Positions 52,902 through 64,000 of a DNA stretch of 64,000 nt are shown piece by piece (the first letter of the stretch is position 1; every line of letters starts with the position of its first letter). The notes beneath the pieces are model-generated. The model was given only the letters and a program-made list of their open reading frames with translations, was not told the origin of the DNA and searched no databases. The translations under genes were made by a program, and so were the position numbers. Source of the stretch: Lenisia limosa (taxonomy: Eukaryota; Protista; Breviatea); the NCBI GenBank assembly GCA_001655205.1, contig LPNZ01009878.1, positions 62,001 through 126,000 on the forward strand. The letters are read 5' to 3'.

Positions 52902-55118
52902 ATGAATCCATCCGATTCGCTTGCCCAGTTATCCAAGATTGCAACTTCCTCACTTGAAGAAGCTAATAACACAGATGATGATGCTTCAAGGAAGGTAGCA
53001 TGTATATATTGTAGGAAACAGAAGCAGAAGTGCAGCGGTGGTCATCCATGCAACTTTTGCATCAAGAAACAAAAAGGTTAGCGCTTTCTTTTTACATTCG
53101 AATGTATCTATGTAAATCCAAAAAAACCTGGTCCAAAACATAGGGTTGCAAAAGTTGAGACCTCTAAACGTTGCCCTCCTGTTTCCAAGAAAATATCATC
53201 TTTTATCTCGAACAAGTATGCTGGCTTTAGTGATGTGACTTTTAGACCAAATAATGTTCCGCCACCTTTTACCTTCTGCCAAGAGTCTTTAGGTTTTTTG
53301 GTTTTCATCATCAGACCATATCAAAACAACTGTTTCTGCAATTATTGGTTTCACGATCCCTATTCAGCTGATTATATCGCCATGTAGACCAGTTTGAGGA
53401 TGTTATTCACTTATTCTTTTGCACATCAATAATAAATAACCATTATTCTTTTTTAGGGTGATTTTTTGCTTTCTTCTCTTTGCTCTGTTCCTTATCTCTT
53501 CTACCAATCCAAATGGAAGGAATGTTTACAGTGTGTTTTTTTTTTTTTTGAATAAAAAGATCGTTAAAAACCTCATTGGACTACTTTGGTGCAGCTATGT
53601 CTTCACCATCTGCTTCTGGCGTGACTGCGTGTTGTTTACTTTCGTTGTATTATGGACTGGCTGGATCAATTGCGATGATGCAACATGTTTGTTCCCTTGA
53701 TTTCTCATATTGTAGTATTCCAGGATTGGTATTTCTCTCAAGAAGGCAATGAATCATATGGCACATTCCTCTCTGAATGCCGAAACAGCGAACATGGTCG
53801 AAGCCAGTGTTGAAATGATGAAGTCCTTGATTGGTATTGGCTGATCTTTTTGTTCTTATATTTTTCAGATGAGGATTACCAAGTGACAGAAGAAATGGCC
53901 AAAAAATCATATCTTGCCTTTATGAAGTGAGCACAATGTTTGTGTTTACTATTTAAGACTATGCTTGACATTTGTTGAAAACAGGAGGAAAGGAAACGAT
54001 ACCGGAGACCCACAGCTTATTGTCAGAGTTTGCTACTTTGACCATTGTGACTGTTTAGCTCACTGAGCACTGGAACAAGGAGACTAGCGAAGGAAGAAGT
54101 TTGAATATATCGGTTAAATCTTCGGGAAGAATTATTTCAGGTGGGAGTTTTTTGAATGACTAACTTTAATTAGGATTAATGAAAGGCTTGGCATCATGGG
54201 TCTCTGGGGATGTGTCAACAGGGGCTGAAAACGCATCTGAAGCACTTGGAATTACTTCAGTATTCGATTTCGACTAACCAGCTTGACAACCATGCACCTC
54301 TGATTTTATTTGGTCCACTTCGTCCATGCTTTCCCCATTTGTCGTATCTCTTCATGGAAACTAAAACGGTTCTCCCCATTTATTAATCAGATTGCTGGCT
54401 TGTTTGCCTTACACCGTGTTCTTGATTTCTTACGAGGGATGGCTTGTTGGAGAAAGGAAATTGATCGTCTTCTGGGGGTGTTAGGGATGGCGTTCCACTC
54501 TTTCGGAATGAGAAAACCATCTCTCAGAGAACTCTCTGCGGCTCCTTCTCTTTCCACTGCAGATCCTTTGGAAGCGTATTTCATTTCATTAGACAAATTC
54601 GAAGCACCCCAAACGAAGCCTCTCTTACCTCAAGTGGTTGGTTGAATTAGTATTTGTCGAAAACTCTTTATTATATACTATGATAAATTCTCATTTCTAC
54701 GTCTTGACCGATTTTTCAAAAATCGACATCAGTCGACTTCCAAAATTAATAAATTGCTTGTCATATTCTCACAATATAGGCTGCCAAACCTCCACCAGCA
54801 GCACCTGCAGCTCCTTCGTTTGCTTCAATACCCCCTCAGTTCTACCAACCAATTGTTCAACATATTCAAGATGCCAAACCTAGCGAGGAACCTCAGAATC
54901 AAAACGCAGAGGAATCCTTGAATCCTACAACAACGTCTCAACCAATTAACATGAATCCTATTGATGAATCAGATGCTATCAACATCCCTCCTAATCTGGC
55001 AGCTTTTCTCAAACCTGTTCTTGGTGAGATTCCAACATCAGTGTCGAAATCATTTCTTGTTAAATATGGTGTTGACCTCTCCTTCATTGAGCAATTGACT
55101 CAAAATAATCAAAAGTGA
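52902..55118 (+). CDS. Zn(II)2Cys6 (GAL4-type) binuclear cluster transcription factor; first intron anomalous
   Basis: VACIYCRKQKQKCSGGHPCNFCIKKQK / ECIYVNPKKPGPK gives C-x2-C-x6-C-x5-C-x2-C-x6-C if 53077-53100 is removed. A helical middle region and a P/Q-rich C-terminus follow in GT-AG exons, ending at TGA 55116-55118. Confidence 0.8.
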
Positions 55119-55129
55119 TAAATATATCT

Positions 55130-56115
55130 TCACTTCACAATTTTAAACTTCAAAAGGTGACTTTTCATGTTCTCTTTGACCGTTTCATTCACTGACATTA
55201 TCTAATAAATCGCACATACCTTGTAAAACCATGGTGACTTCTTGGAACAATTGAGACCTTTCAACTTCAAAAAAATGAAGTGACTTGAACAGCTCAATGG
55301 AAGCCTTGAAAATAACTTAGGTTTGGACTCACAGTATTATGTAACTTAATTTTGGCCATAAATGATTCAATCTTCCAGTCAGTATTCTCCAAGGCTAATT
55401 AGTTGAAGGCTCAAACCATATCCTCCTGCGAGAAGAATAGAGTTCTTTGCAAAACTACACCTTCTTGCTCTTTTCTCAGCAACCATAACGTTAAATTCAA
55501 CTCAAGTCAAATAAAAGGATAAAACTGCTTTGATTCTTCATCATAAAACATATTGACATCACCAACAATTCCTAGATATGAACAAATCATGAAAACCCAA
55601 CCGTCAATATTTTGAGTTTCAGCCGAATCTTTAATTAAAAAGGTGATTTCTACTATTAGTCAAGAAAACTTACTATCTGAATCCTCTTGCCATTTTTGGC
55701 ACATTTCCATGTCTTCTTCAAGAGTTGGAAACTCATCCATTCCTGTGAAGGTGACATTATCAAGTATAATTATTCTAAAACCAAGAGATGAAAAGGAAAT
55801 CAATTTTTAAAATGTTAAAGACATGACAAAAAAGTGTTGGTGCACTTTCACCAATCACCAAACCTGTTAAATGGGCAATATCGCTATCTTGGAGCCAGGC
55901 ATTATACTGCTCAACATGGCAAGGTAGATAAGGTATCAACGAAAGCCGTTTCTAAATTAAGGAACTATCATTTTTGAAATTAACTTTATTTTATATGATA
56001 CGTAATATATGTACTATGTCTACTATATCTCATATATTAGTATACCAACTAGTATCATAATTATAGATGCAACATTCCCCTAACTCTTCCATACCTCGCA
56101 TGCCGTGAGGTCCAT
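55130..56115 (-). CDS. NAT9: NAT9-like GNAT N-acetyltransferase (absent from the ORF track because its exons are tiny)
   Basis: KRLSLIPYLPCHVEQYNAWLQDSDIAHLTG...TLEEDMEMCQKWQEDSD, ITFLI, GIVGDVNMF, EFNVMVAEKRARR, ASIELFKSLHFFEVERSQLFQEVTM. Matches the NAT9 pattern (VLVPY...YHEWM, MVGDVNLF, IEVMIAE, FQKLHF...VFQEVT). Confidence 0.82.
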
Positions 56116-56741
56116 TTCACTGAAAGTCAATCCGTTCAGAACCTTTTCAACAAATTTTTTTTATTACAAATGCAATGATACGTTAATGTATCAATGAACC
56201 AAAGGGCGGGGGTGGGGGGTGTAGATGTATCAGGATGTATCTGCCCTGTCTCTGTGATAGTGGGTGAGGGTGAGGAGTGAGTCTGGGGCTGGCTGGGGGG
56301 TGAGAGTGTGAGGGTGTGTNNNNNNNNNNNNNNNNNNNNNNNNNNNNNNTTGTTGTTAGTAGCAAGTTGGTGGTCCCAAAATGGGCATGGGGGGTTTATA
56401 ATGCGCCTTATTATGAAATTTGAAGAGCCCGTAGCCGTGCCGTAGGTGGTAACTTGAAATAATTTTTTGGGGAAATTTTGAAATTGAAATTTGAACAATA
56501 AGTTGACAATAAGTATTTAAAACAGTTAAAAAAGTAAGTATAAATGTATAAAAGCTGTATAAAAGAGTAAAAATACAAGTTATCAGGGAAGTCTCGAGAG
56601 AAGGGAGTTTCGCCCACAACTGGGAACTGGGCACCTTTCCCCCTCCTTCTTTTTAAATTGTACTAACGTAGTGGTAAAGTGGTAAAATATACTGGTTGGT
56701 AAGAAAGAGACATCAGCAACAACAAAACTACTTTTACGATC

Positions 56742-59700
56742 ATGGTTTGGTGTCCTCCTTCATTTGTTGACTTTTAGAAACCAATATTCACGGTTGATTC
56801 CTCTCAGTTTGGCCAAGGCCCTATCATGTAAGATGTTTTACCATTAATAATCTCAGAACATCATGGCACCCTGAGTCAGCATTTGTGGCCACAGCTGGAA
56901 TTGAGCCCTCCGTTATTGTCAGTGATCGTCATGGACGCAAAGTGGCAGAAGTTAACCTTTCCTCGTAAGAGACTGTGTTTGTGTTACTATTTTAGATCAG
57001 CAATATGTCTTGATTGGGACTGTCAAGGAGAAACCCTTGCCATTGCTGAGGTTTGTCATGACTAACTTTGGTTCAATAACCGTTTCAGAAAGCCTCCTCA
57101 GAAATCGTTCTCTTCGACCTTCCAACTGGTAGATCCGAAAAAGTATGAGTCTAAATTCCTGTTAATAATCCATAGGTTCAAACAGATATGCGTCCCGTAA
57201 CAGTTCTTGCCTGGAACAAAACAGGTCCCCAGGTATGTTCACGTTTTTAGTAACATTCAGCTTGTTATCGGAAGTGGCAAAGGGCATTTGTGTATTTACA
57301 ACAAACAATCCAGAGACATTATTCCCATTGTTGGAAAGCATACGAAAAGTTCTTTTTCCTTTGCTAATCAGAAATCACATCTGCGGAGTGGAACAACGAA
57401 TCCATTTTCGCCCTCGGTTCGGAGGATAGACAGGTGACTATCTCGTCTGCCGATGGTGAAACACTGACATCTACTCAATGCAAAACTTCCACTAGATATT
57501 TCCAGGTAGGTGTAAAGGTAAACGTTGATTGTTTTAGTTTGGTTCCACAAAAGCAGGAGATCCAGCAAACACTCTCGCAGCAATTGTTGGAAAAGCAACA
57601 ATCTTCCTCTTCAACAGATTCAACATTAATGATCCTTTGGAATTGGTTGGCTTCAATGCCTCTTGATAACTTGATTAGGAGTTCCATCAACATTATGGTG
57701 GTGTTGTTTCTTACAAATGGTTCGGAGTGAGGTAAGGCAGATTATCTTTTTCTCATTGTGTCCAGCCATCTTTTCGTCGGCTTCACCAGTGGGCAATGTG
57801 TGATTCTTAATACTTCTGATGAGGACACAATTGAAGAAATGTTTTCAGAGAAGGTTTTAACCTTATTTTTTTTTTTTCATATTTTAGCTATTCCGAACAT
57901 ACCTTAATGATGTAACTGTTTGTGAACATGTTCAAAAAGCGGCTGTGATTGGCGATTCAAGCTTGAAAATTTTAAGTACTCGAAACAGAAAGGTAGTTCA
58001 AACTAACAAGGTTGATTCTCCAGGAGGTTATTGATACTGCGGTGCTTGATGATGAGATGGGGTACTTAGATAGAGTGCATTGGAGCCCTGACGGCTCTGT
58101 CTTAATTGTCACATCAAAACAAGGTTAATTGGAGATTATTGTGTTTCGTTCTGTTTTCGTTCCATTAATATTACCAGGCAATTTGTATGCGTATCTCACA
58201 TCACTGCCTTCCCTTTCCGATGCTACTGGAGCGAGACTTGCCTATCTTTCGTCTCTCAGTCAAGTCACTGTGGTTTGGAGCCTTATCCATGCTTTATTCT
58301 CTAGCTTGATACGGACCAGACGGAAATCACCCCGGTCGCTATTGACGTTGATGTGGAACCTGCTTTTATCGCGGTAAGACAGCACCAGTATTGTCTAATG
58401 TCTAGGTGGGCGATCAATGCCTTTTGGTTGGAAAGAATAACAAAAGCTGGGCGTACAGTCTCAACCCGTCTTCTTTGGGCAAGCTCATTGCATCACGAGA
58501 CTACCTAGCCACAGTGTCAAAAGCATTGACAAGAGGGTCTTGGGTTGTGTGTTTGGCAGGTGAACGAGCGCTCCTGCATCATGTCCAGCAAGACTCTGAA
58601 GGTCTGTCATGAGCCTCAGTTTAGTACTTCGCTCTCCTTCATTATCTTAATTAAATATATCATAACGTATGAATACTATATTATAAATATGATATCATAT
58701 ACTTTCACAAAACTTCATTTTGAAAATAGAGCTCACACTAAAAAAGGGAAAGGTGAGAAGTTGGCTTTGGGGAATGATGATAAAAAAGGAAGATATCATC
58801 AGAGAGCCTCAAAATGTGCAGCAAGAGAGGCAGAGGACTGAGGGTTCAGGGATCAGATCAATGAAATAAGCTGCCTGAATGCATCGTTAAAGTTCTTCAA
58901 ATGCTATAAATGATTATAACACAGGCAAATTTTTTTTTCTTTATAAGTATACTCAAATTGAACTGAACTTAGGTCACCGGTTTACTGAGTAGTACTTCTT
59001 GGTATATTTTATATTTCAATAATTTTTTGTTTTATTTAAACAGCCAAAAAACAGCATAAACTACAGTTTTTGAACAGTATGACTATAATATAAACAGCAA
59101 ACGGAAAACCTTTGAAATTGTTGAAGATCATGTTCTGAAACCAATATAAAAATCACTGTAAAACTCCTATAGATTCATCAATGAAGACAATCCCCGACCG
59201 AAGCCAGCCCGTCTCCATCATGGATATTGGACTTTCTGAAGAGTTCTTGATCTATGGAACTGAAGTTTGTGGTTGTTTTTATTTAACTCTATTCTAGGAA
59301 GGAGACTTGGTGTTTTTCTCACTCAACGATCAAGCCGGTTTGATTTTATAATACATATGAGATTCATGGTGTAGTGGTTTCGGATTATAGACATTCGACT
59401 GGAATCAGACATGTTTATCCCAACACCTCAGCCACCAGAGTGGTCTTCATTGATTCTGACGCAGCGGTGAGTCCTCACCTTATCTGATTTTGTACTCATC
59501 TGTCAGGGATGGCTCTACTCTCCAGTGGATGACTCAGTTCTACCAATCCCCTCATGGCCCGAAAGAGGAGCCACTATTTTATGGGATGCTGCTGATTGGA
59601 GTGTTTTCACTGCGGTTCATGGAGAAAGAGTATGAGGTTTTTTTAGCCAACATACAGGTTGATACATATGCCTACCGAGCCGTCAGCCTGAAGGGCCCCA

Positions 59701-62700
59701 ATGTTGAGCATATCGGCTCAACTTTGTTTCCTTCCGGGGCAACTCCAAAGACTGTTGTTGATGGCTCTGTCAAGGTAACATTGTGTTAATTTTTGCCGAA
59801 GAGTTTCATTTATCCTTCTTTAATCGAAAAACAGGTTCATACTACTGATGGCGAAGTCTCAGCAGCCACGTTGACCTCGCACTCCGCCTTGGCCCAAGCT
59901 TCCAGTGGTGACACTACAAACGCTGTATGTTCAAGCATATCGAATCCACATCTCAATACTCAATACTCATTCAGTGTTTTGGTGAAGATTAAGAATAGAT
60001 CCCTTCATCTTTCCAGGTTATGCAAGAAGCCTTTTCGCAAGCTGTCGTACTCAATCGCCTACAAAATGCTTGGGAAATTGCGGTAGATAATCAACACTTT
60101 CTGTTCCGTTCTCACTCTTTAGGTGATGACCAATGATGGAGATCAGTTTGCTGATTTGGGAAGAGCAGCTCTTGAGTGTTTGAATGTTGAACTTGCCACT
60201 CGAGCTTTCAGGTGAGGATAATTGCGCTACTTACCTCTTTAGACGGCTCGGAGATGCAGGAATGGTTCTTGCGTTGGAGGAACTTGTGCTGGTGGAAAAC
60301 CAAAACCTTCTATCAGGGCATTTGGCCCAGCTGATGGGCGAATTCAACCTTGCTCAGGTATAAGTTTTCAAGTATCCTATCAATCAAAATAAGGACTTTT
60401 TTTATGACAATTACTGAGGAGGAATGTTGTGTTAATAAGATGATACTATAAATAAATATACCTTAGCAACGTGCTCGAGTTGACGGCTTTGGTTAGATAC
60501 TTCCTTTATTATTTCTAGTTTCTACCGAATTATTATTTTCTCTGCTAACTGTTTAAGGAGCGATTCTTGCAGTCAGACCATCCGATTGAAGCGTTAAACA
60601 TGAGAAGAAACCTGCACCAATGGGATACTGCTCTCTCCCTGGCAAACAGACTTGAGGTTTTTTTTGTTAATTGTAACGCAAGCCTGAATCGGTTGCATCC
60701 ATTGCCCACTCGTATGGTCAGCAGTTGGAGTTCAAAGGGGACTATTCGCAAGCCAAGGCTATGTATGAGAAGGCTGAGCAGACCAATGACTCTGGTGTGC
60801 GACGTCAGTCTCAGGAAGGCATCGCTCGCTGCATGTACCAAATGGGCGACCAGGTAAATACATCGTCGCCCTTCTCACCTCATAGGCTCGTGGCTCAAAC
60901 ATCGTAAACAAGTTGAAATCCCTCCAGCTGTACAAGGAGTGTGCTGCTATCTTAGAGTCCTCTAACCTTCTTGGTGATGCTGCCTTACTCTATGAAAAAG
61001 GCGAAGCCTGGGATAAGGCTGTCGCCATTTACCTCAAAACCAAGTCCTATGGAAAGGTAGAAGAATTCTTCACTTTCTCATATGTTTCAGGCCGAGTCTC
61101 TCATGGAGTTTGTTTCTGCCCCGAGACTGCATGCTCAATTCGCCAAGGTTTGCTCACCCTAAATATTGTGTTTTTTTCTTCTTCAGTTATGTACAACTTT
61201 TATAATGCTACAACAGTTTCTAGTGATGAGCAGCAATAGTCAGGATTTATGACTCTTCAGGCGATGGAATCACAAGGGAAATTCAAAGAAGCTGAATTCG
61301 CCTACACGAAAGCCAAAGAAACAGACTCAATCGTCCGTCTCAACCTTCAAAACTTGGACAACCCTGAAAAGGCGTTCGACTTGGTGCGGACAACGAACTC
61401 GGCAGAAGGCGGTATGGTTCTGATGATTATCCTCGAAAACTGACGCAAATTCAGCTCGTCTTGTTGCAGAGTACTGTCTTGATGGACACAACCCCCCAGC
61501 TGGTATTGAGTTCCTCCTCATGGCGGGCTTGCGTGAGGAAGCCTTCGACCTTGCTCAGTCCACCGGGCACTTGGAGGAGTATGCTAAGCAGCTTGGAGAC
61601 CACGGCACTCAGAAGGACCACCAAGAACTCGCAAAGGCTTTCGAGGGCCAGGTAGGTGCTTGAATGAGATTCTTGACAATACAGGGTGATCTGGTCAACG
61701 CGGCTGATTTCTATGTTGCTTATGGTCAGTACCAGAGAGGCTTACGGTAAGCCCTTCAGAAGTTTCCATTACTTTTTAGCTTGTATTTGCGCTCAGGCTC
61801 TGATATTAGTATCACTAAGGCAATTGAAGTCGTTGGGAAAGCAAACTCAGATGTGCTCACTAACCAAGTTATCGACTTCCTCATGGGAGAAGTTAGTTTT
61901 AGTTCACAGCTTCTTTACTGCTTAGCATGATAACCAGGCCAAGGACCCCAGGCACGTGTATAGCCTCTACGTTGCTCTTGGAAACTATTTACAAGCTGCA
62001 CATACATCTGTCTTGATTGCTGGTCAAGAGCAATCCGCTGGAAAATACAAGGTTATTGTTTCTTTTTACGCAGGAAGCACATAAGATCCTCCTTGATTCA
62101 TACCTGGATTTGCAGCAGCGTGGAGTCCGAGTGCCCACAGAGCTCAACCAAGCTCTCTGTCTTCTTCATTCGTACATTCGTGTCAAAGTTAGTGCCAAAA
62201 CCTTCCACAGTTGACATTCCAGACCCTTGTCAAGGCTGGTGACCATGAATCAGGTGCAAGAATGTTGATTCGTGTAGCAAACAACATTTCCAAGGTAAAA
62301 AAACTGGTACATTTATTTCCTAGTTCCCTGCGCACATTGTTCCCATTTTGACCTCCACTGTAATTGAGTGTCAACGTTCTGGTTTGAAAAGAGTAGGGCC
62401 TTCATGTAGTCTTTAATTCTCTAGTCTGCGTTTGATTACGCTTCAATGCTTATGAGAACTGAGTATCGCTCTCAGATTGACGCCAAATATCGAAGGAAAA
62501 TTGAGGCCCTTGTTAGGTTAGTTATAATGAAATTAATTACCCTGCATGTATTCTTAAATGTCAAACATATTTGATATTTTTTTACTTCATCTTACTCTGT
62601 AGACGACCTGATAAGGAAGAAGAGGAAGAACCGACGAACCCCTGTCCTTTCTGTGATTTCGAGCTTCCTATCACTGCAACAGATTGTCCAATTTGCAAAA

Positions 62701-63342
62701 ACACTGTTCCTTACTGTATTGTCACGGTCTGTGATTTGGCCTTTTTAATACGCTATTTACATTTTACCTTTACTATTAATTAATTTGTTTAGGGACAACA
62801 TATGGTAGCAAATGATTGGACTTCTTGTATTCATTGCCACTTCCCTGCCTCCTACAACGCCTTACTAAAAGTTTGATCGGAAGTGTTTAAAATGCATGTA
62901 GTATATACATATATAAATTACTATAGTATATGCATATGAATTATATATGATATCATCGGCACTTTCCAAGCTGACAGAAAAATTGACTTTAGAAAGAGGT
63001 GTTTCCTTAAAAAAAAAATCTTGAGAAAAGGGAAATGAACTGAACTTTTCAGACTATTTTCTAAGTCTAATTTTTGCTTTAGTAGCATTCAAATTGTGTG
63101 AAAGCTTTTCAGTGATTTTCCTTTGATTGAATACCTCAAAACGATTCTATATCCCGAGATTTACTTCTTTTAGGCCGCAGCAGCTGATCCCACTTGTCCA
63201 ATGTGTGGCGATTCTCTGACCCCAGACCAGGTACTTTATCAATTTTAATCAGATTTCAAAAACTCATGATGTGAAAGTCATGCTAACTGAGAAAGCTGAA
63301 AAAGAGTCTGCTGAAATTGAGGAAAGCAACACATTGTCCTAG
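56742..63342 (+). CDS. WDR19: Intraflagellar transport protein 144 / WD repeat protein 19 (IFT-A)
   Basis: KPIFTV...[13 protein letters not shown]...[12 protein letters not shown]...[14 protein letters not shown]; [27 protein letters not shown]; [40 protein letters not shown]; [13 protein letters not shown]...[12 protein letters not shown]; [15 protein letters not shown]; C-terminal zinc finger [48 protein letters not shown]...CPMCG. Confidence 0.95.
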
Positions 63343-63399
63343 TTTTCTTTTGTTTTTTTTCTATGTTTCAATATATTCTGTTTTGTTTTATTACCCTTA

Positions 63400-64000
63400 C
63401 TGATATACTGAAACAAAACGTGCACTCTTGACTCTTGTCGAATGAAGGAGATGGAGTGGAAATGAAGACTATCTGATTGGAGAATGACATAAGATGGGCA
63501 TGATGTTGTGATAATAATCATTTGGAAGGAAATTATCGTCCACTTCATGTTTTACTGACAGTAGTTCAGTAGTTTTGATGGAGTTGATGTAGAACTGATA
63601 CAAAAGATTTCTTCATTTGCAGAACTCAGGCAAGTAAATCAACGCTAAGAGTGGGCGACTGCTTGCTGTGTGATGAAAATGACAGAAATGCACAACTTGC
63701 CTTTTAGAGTAATCATAGGCTATAAGAAAAACTCCCACCAACCACCACAACTCCATTCGGTTATTCATTCTTACGTTTTGTTGTTCATTTATTTGATAAT
63801 ATATCCACGTAATCCCATGCGACGGGGACAAAGCTCCCACCATGAAGTTGACAGCCATGTCATCATTTCAATATCTGTTTGATTATTGGTATTATTTCTG
63901 TTTTACTTTCTAGCCTTTCCCAAAAATAAGATGTCCTTCTGCGCCTGCTGTACTAATAGAACAGTTTGAGGTTTGCTTTTGAAAAAACAAGATCCAAAAA
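63400..64000 (-). CDS. Possible 3' part of an unidentified gene entering from the right edge
   Basis: Exon-like stretches on the minus strand (MAVNFMVGALSPSHGI; KTTELLSVKHEVDDNFLPNDYYHNIMP). Weak support. Confidence 0.25.

Noticed and set aside
53079-53081. TAG reassigned to an amino acid (alternative genetic code)
   Set aside because: Conserved genes here end in TAA or TAG at expected positions (RPT4, CK2 alpha, WDR19), and readthrough would give a 14-residue C5-C6 loop instead of 6.
3590-56740. Shared TTTGAA/TTTCAAATTT motif in divergent promoters (RPT4, SMC5, WDR19)
   Set aside because: Such words are expected by chance in AT-rich spacers; not supportable without enrichment statistics.
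58620-59100. Long WDR19 intron (and 47860-48420 in the orphan gene) as a nested gene or transposon
   Set aside because: No terminal repeats, TSD or recognisable coding motif was found by eye.

Overview
This is intron-rich genomic DNA from a compact eukaryotic genome. It uses the standard code and GT-AG introns, many of 24-60 nt, and has five N-gaps, so it is a draft assembly. The six-frame ORF track is mostly exon fragments or noise. I rebuilt the gene models by eye by joining exons, so internal exon boundaries and some gene ends are approximate. About 18 genes are visible. Confidently recognised: proteasome ATPase RPT4/PSMC6, GDAP2 (Macro + CRAL-TRIO), a DRP1-type dynamin, SMC5, CANT1-type apyrase, CK2 alpha, NAT9-like acetyltransferase and IFT144/WDR19. 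Also present: a Zn2Cys6 transcription factor, a spliced LtaS/MdoB-like (LTA-synthase family) membrane enzyme, and several orphans. A cilium gene together with a Zn2Cys6 factor suggests a flagellated non-animal eukaryote (inference). Most interesting points: (1) a ~9 kb gene for a single-pass ADAM/ADAMTS-like protease with disintegrin, TSP1, CCP and Cys-rich modules and its own cytoplasmic SH3 domain; (2) the LtaS-like enzyme with intact catalytic motifs; (3) a Zn2Cys6 cluster that is only complete if a 24-nt GT...CG segment is spliced out; (4) repeated tandem duplications sitting on splice sites; (5) an array of frame-preserving micro-exons encoding DMPR repeats. No rRNA, tRNA or CRISPR array was seen.
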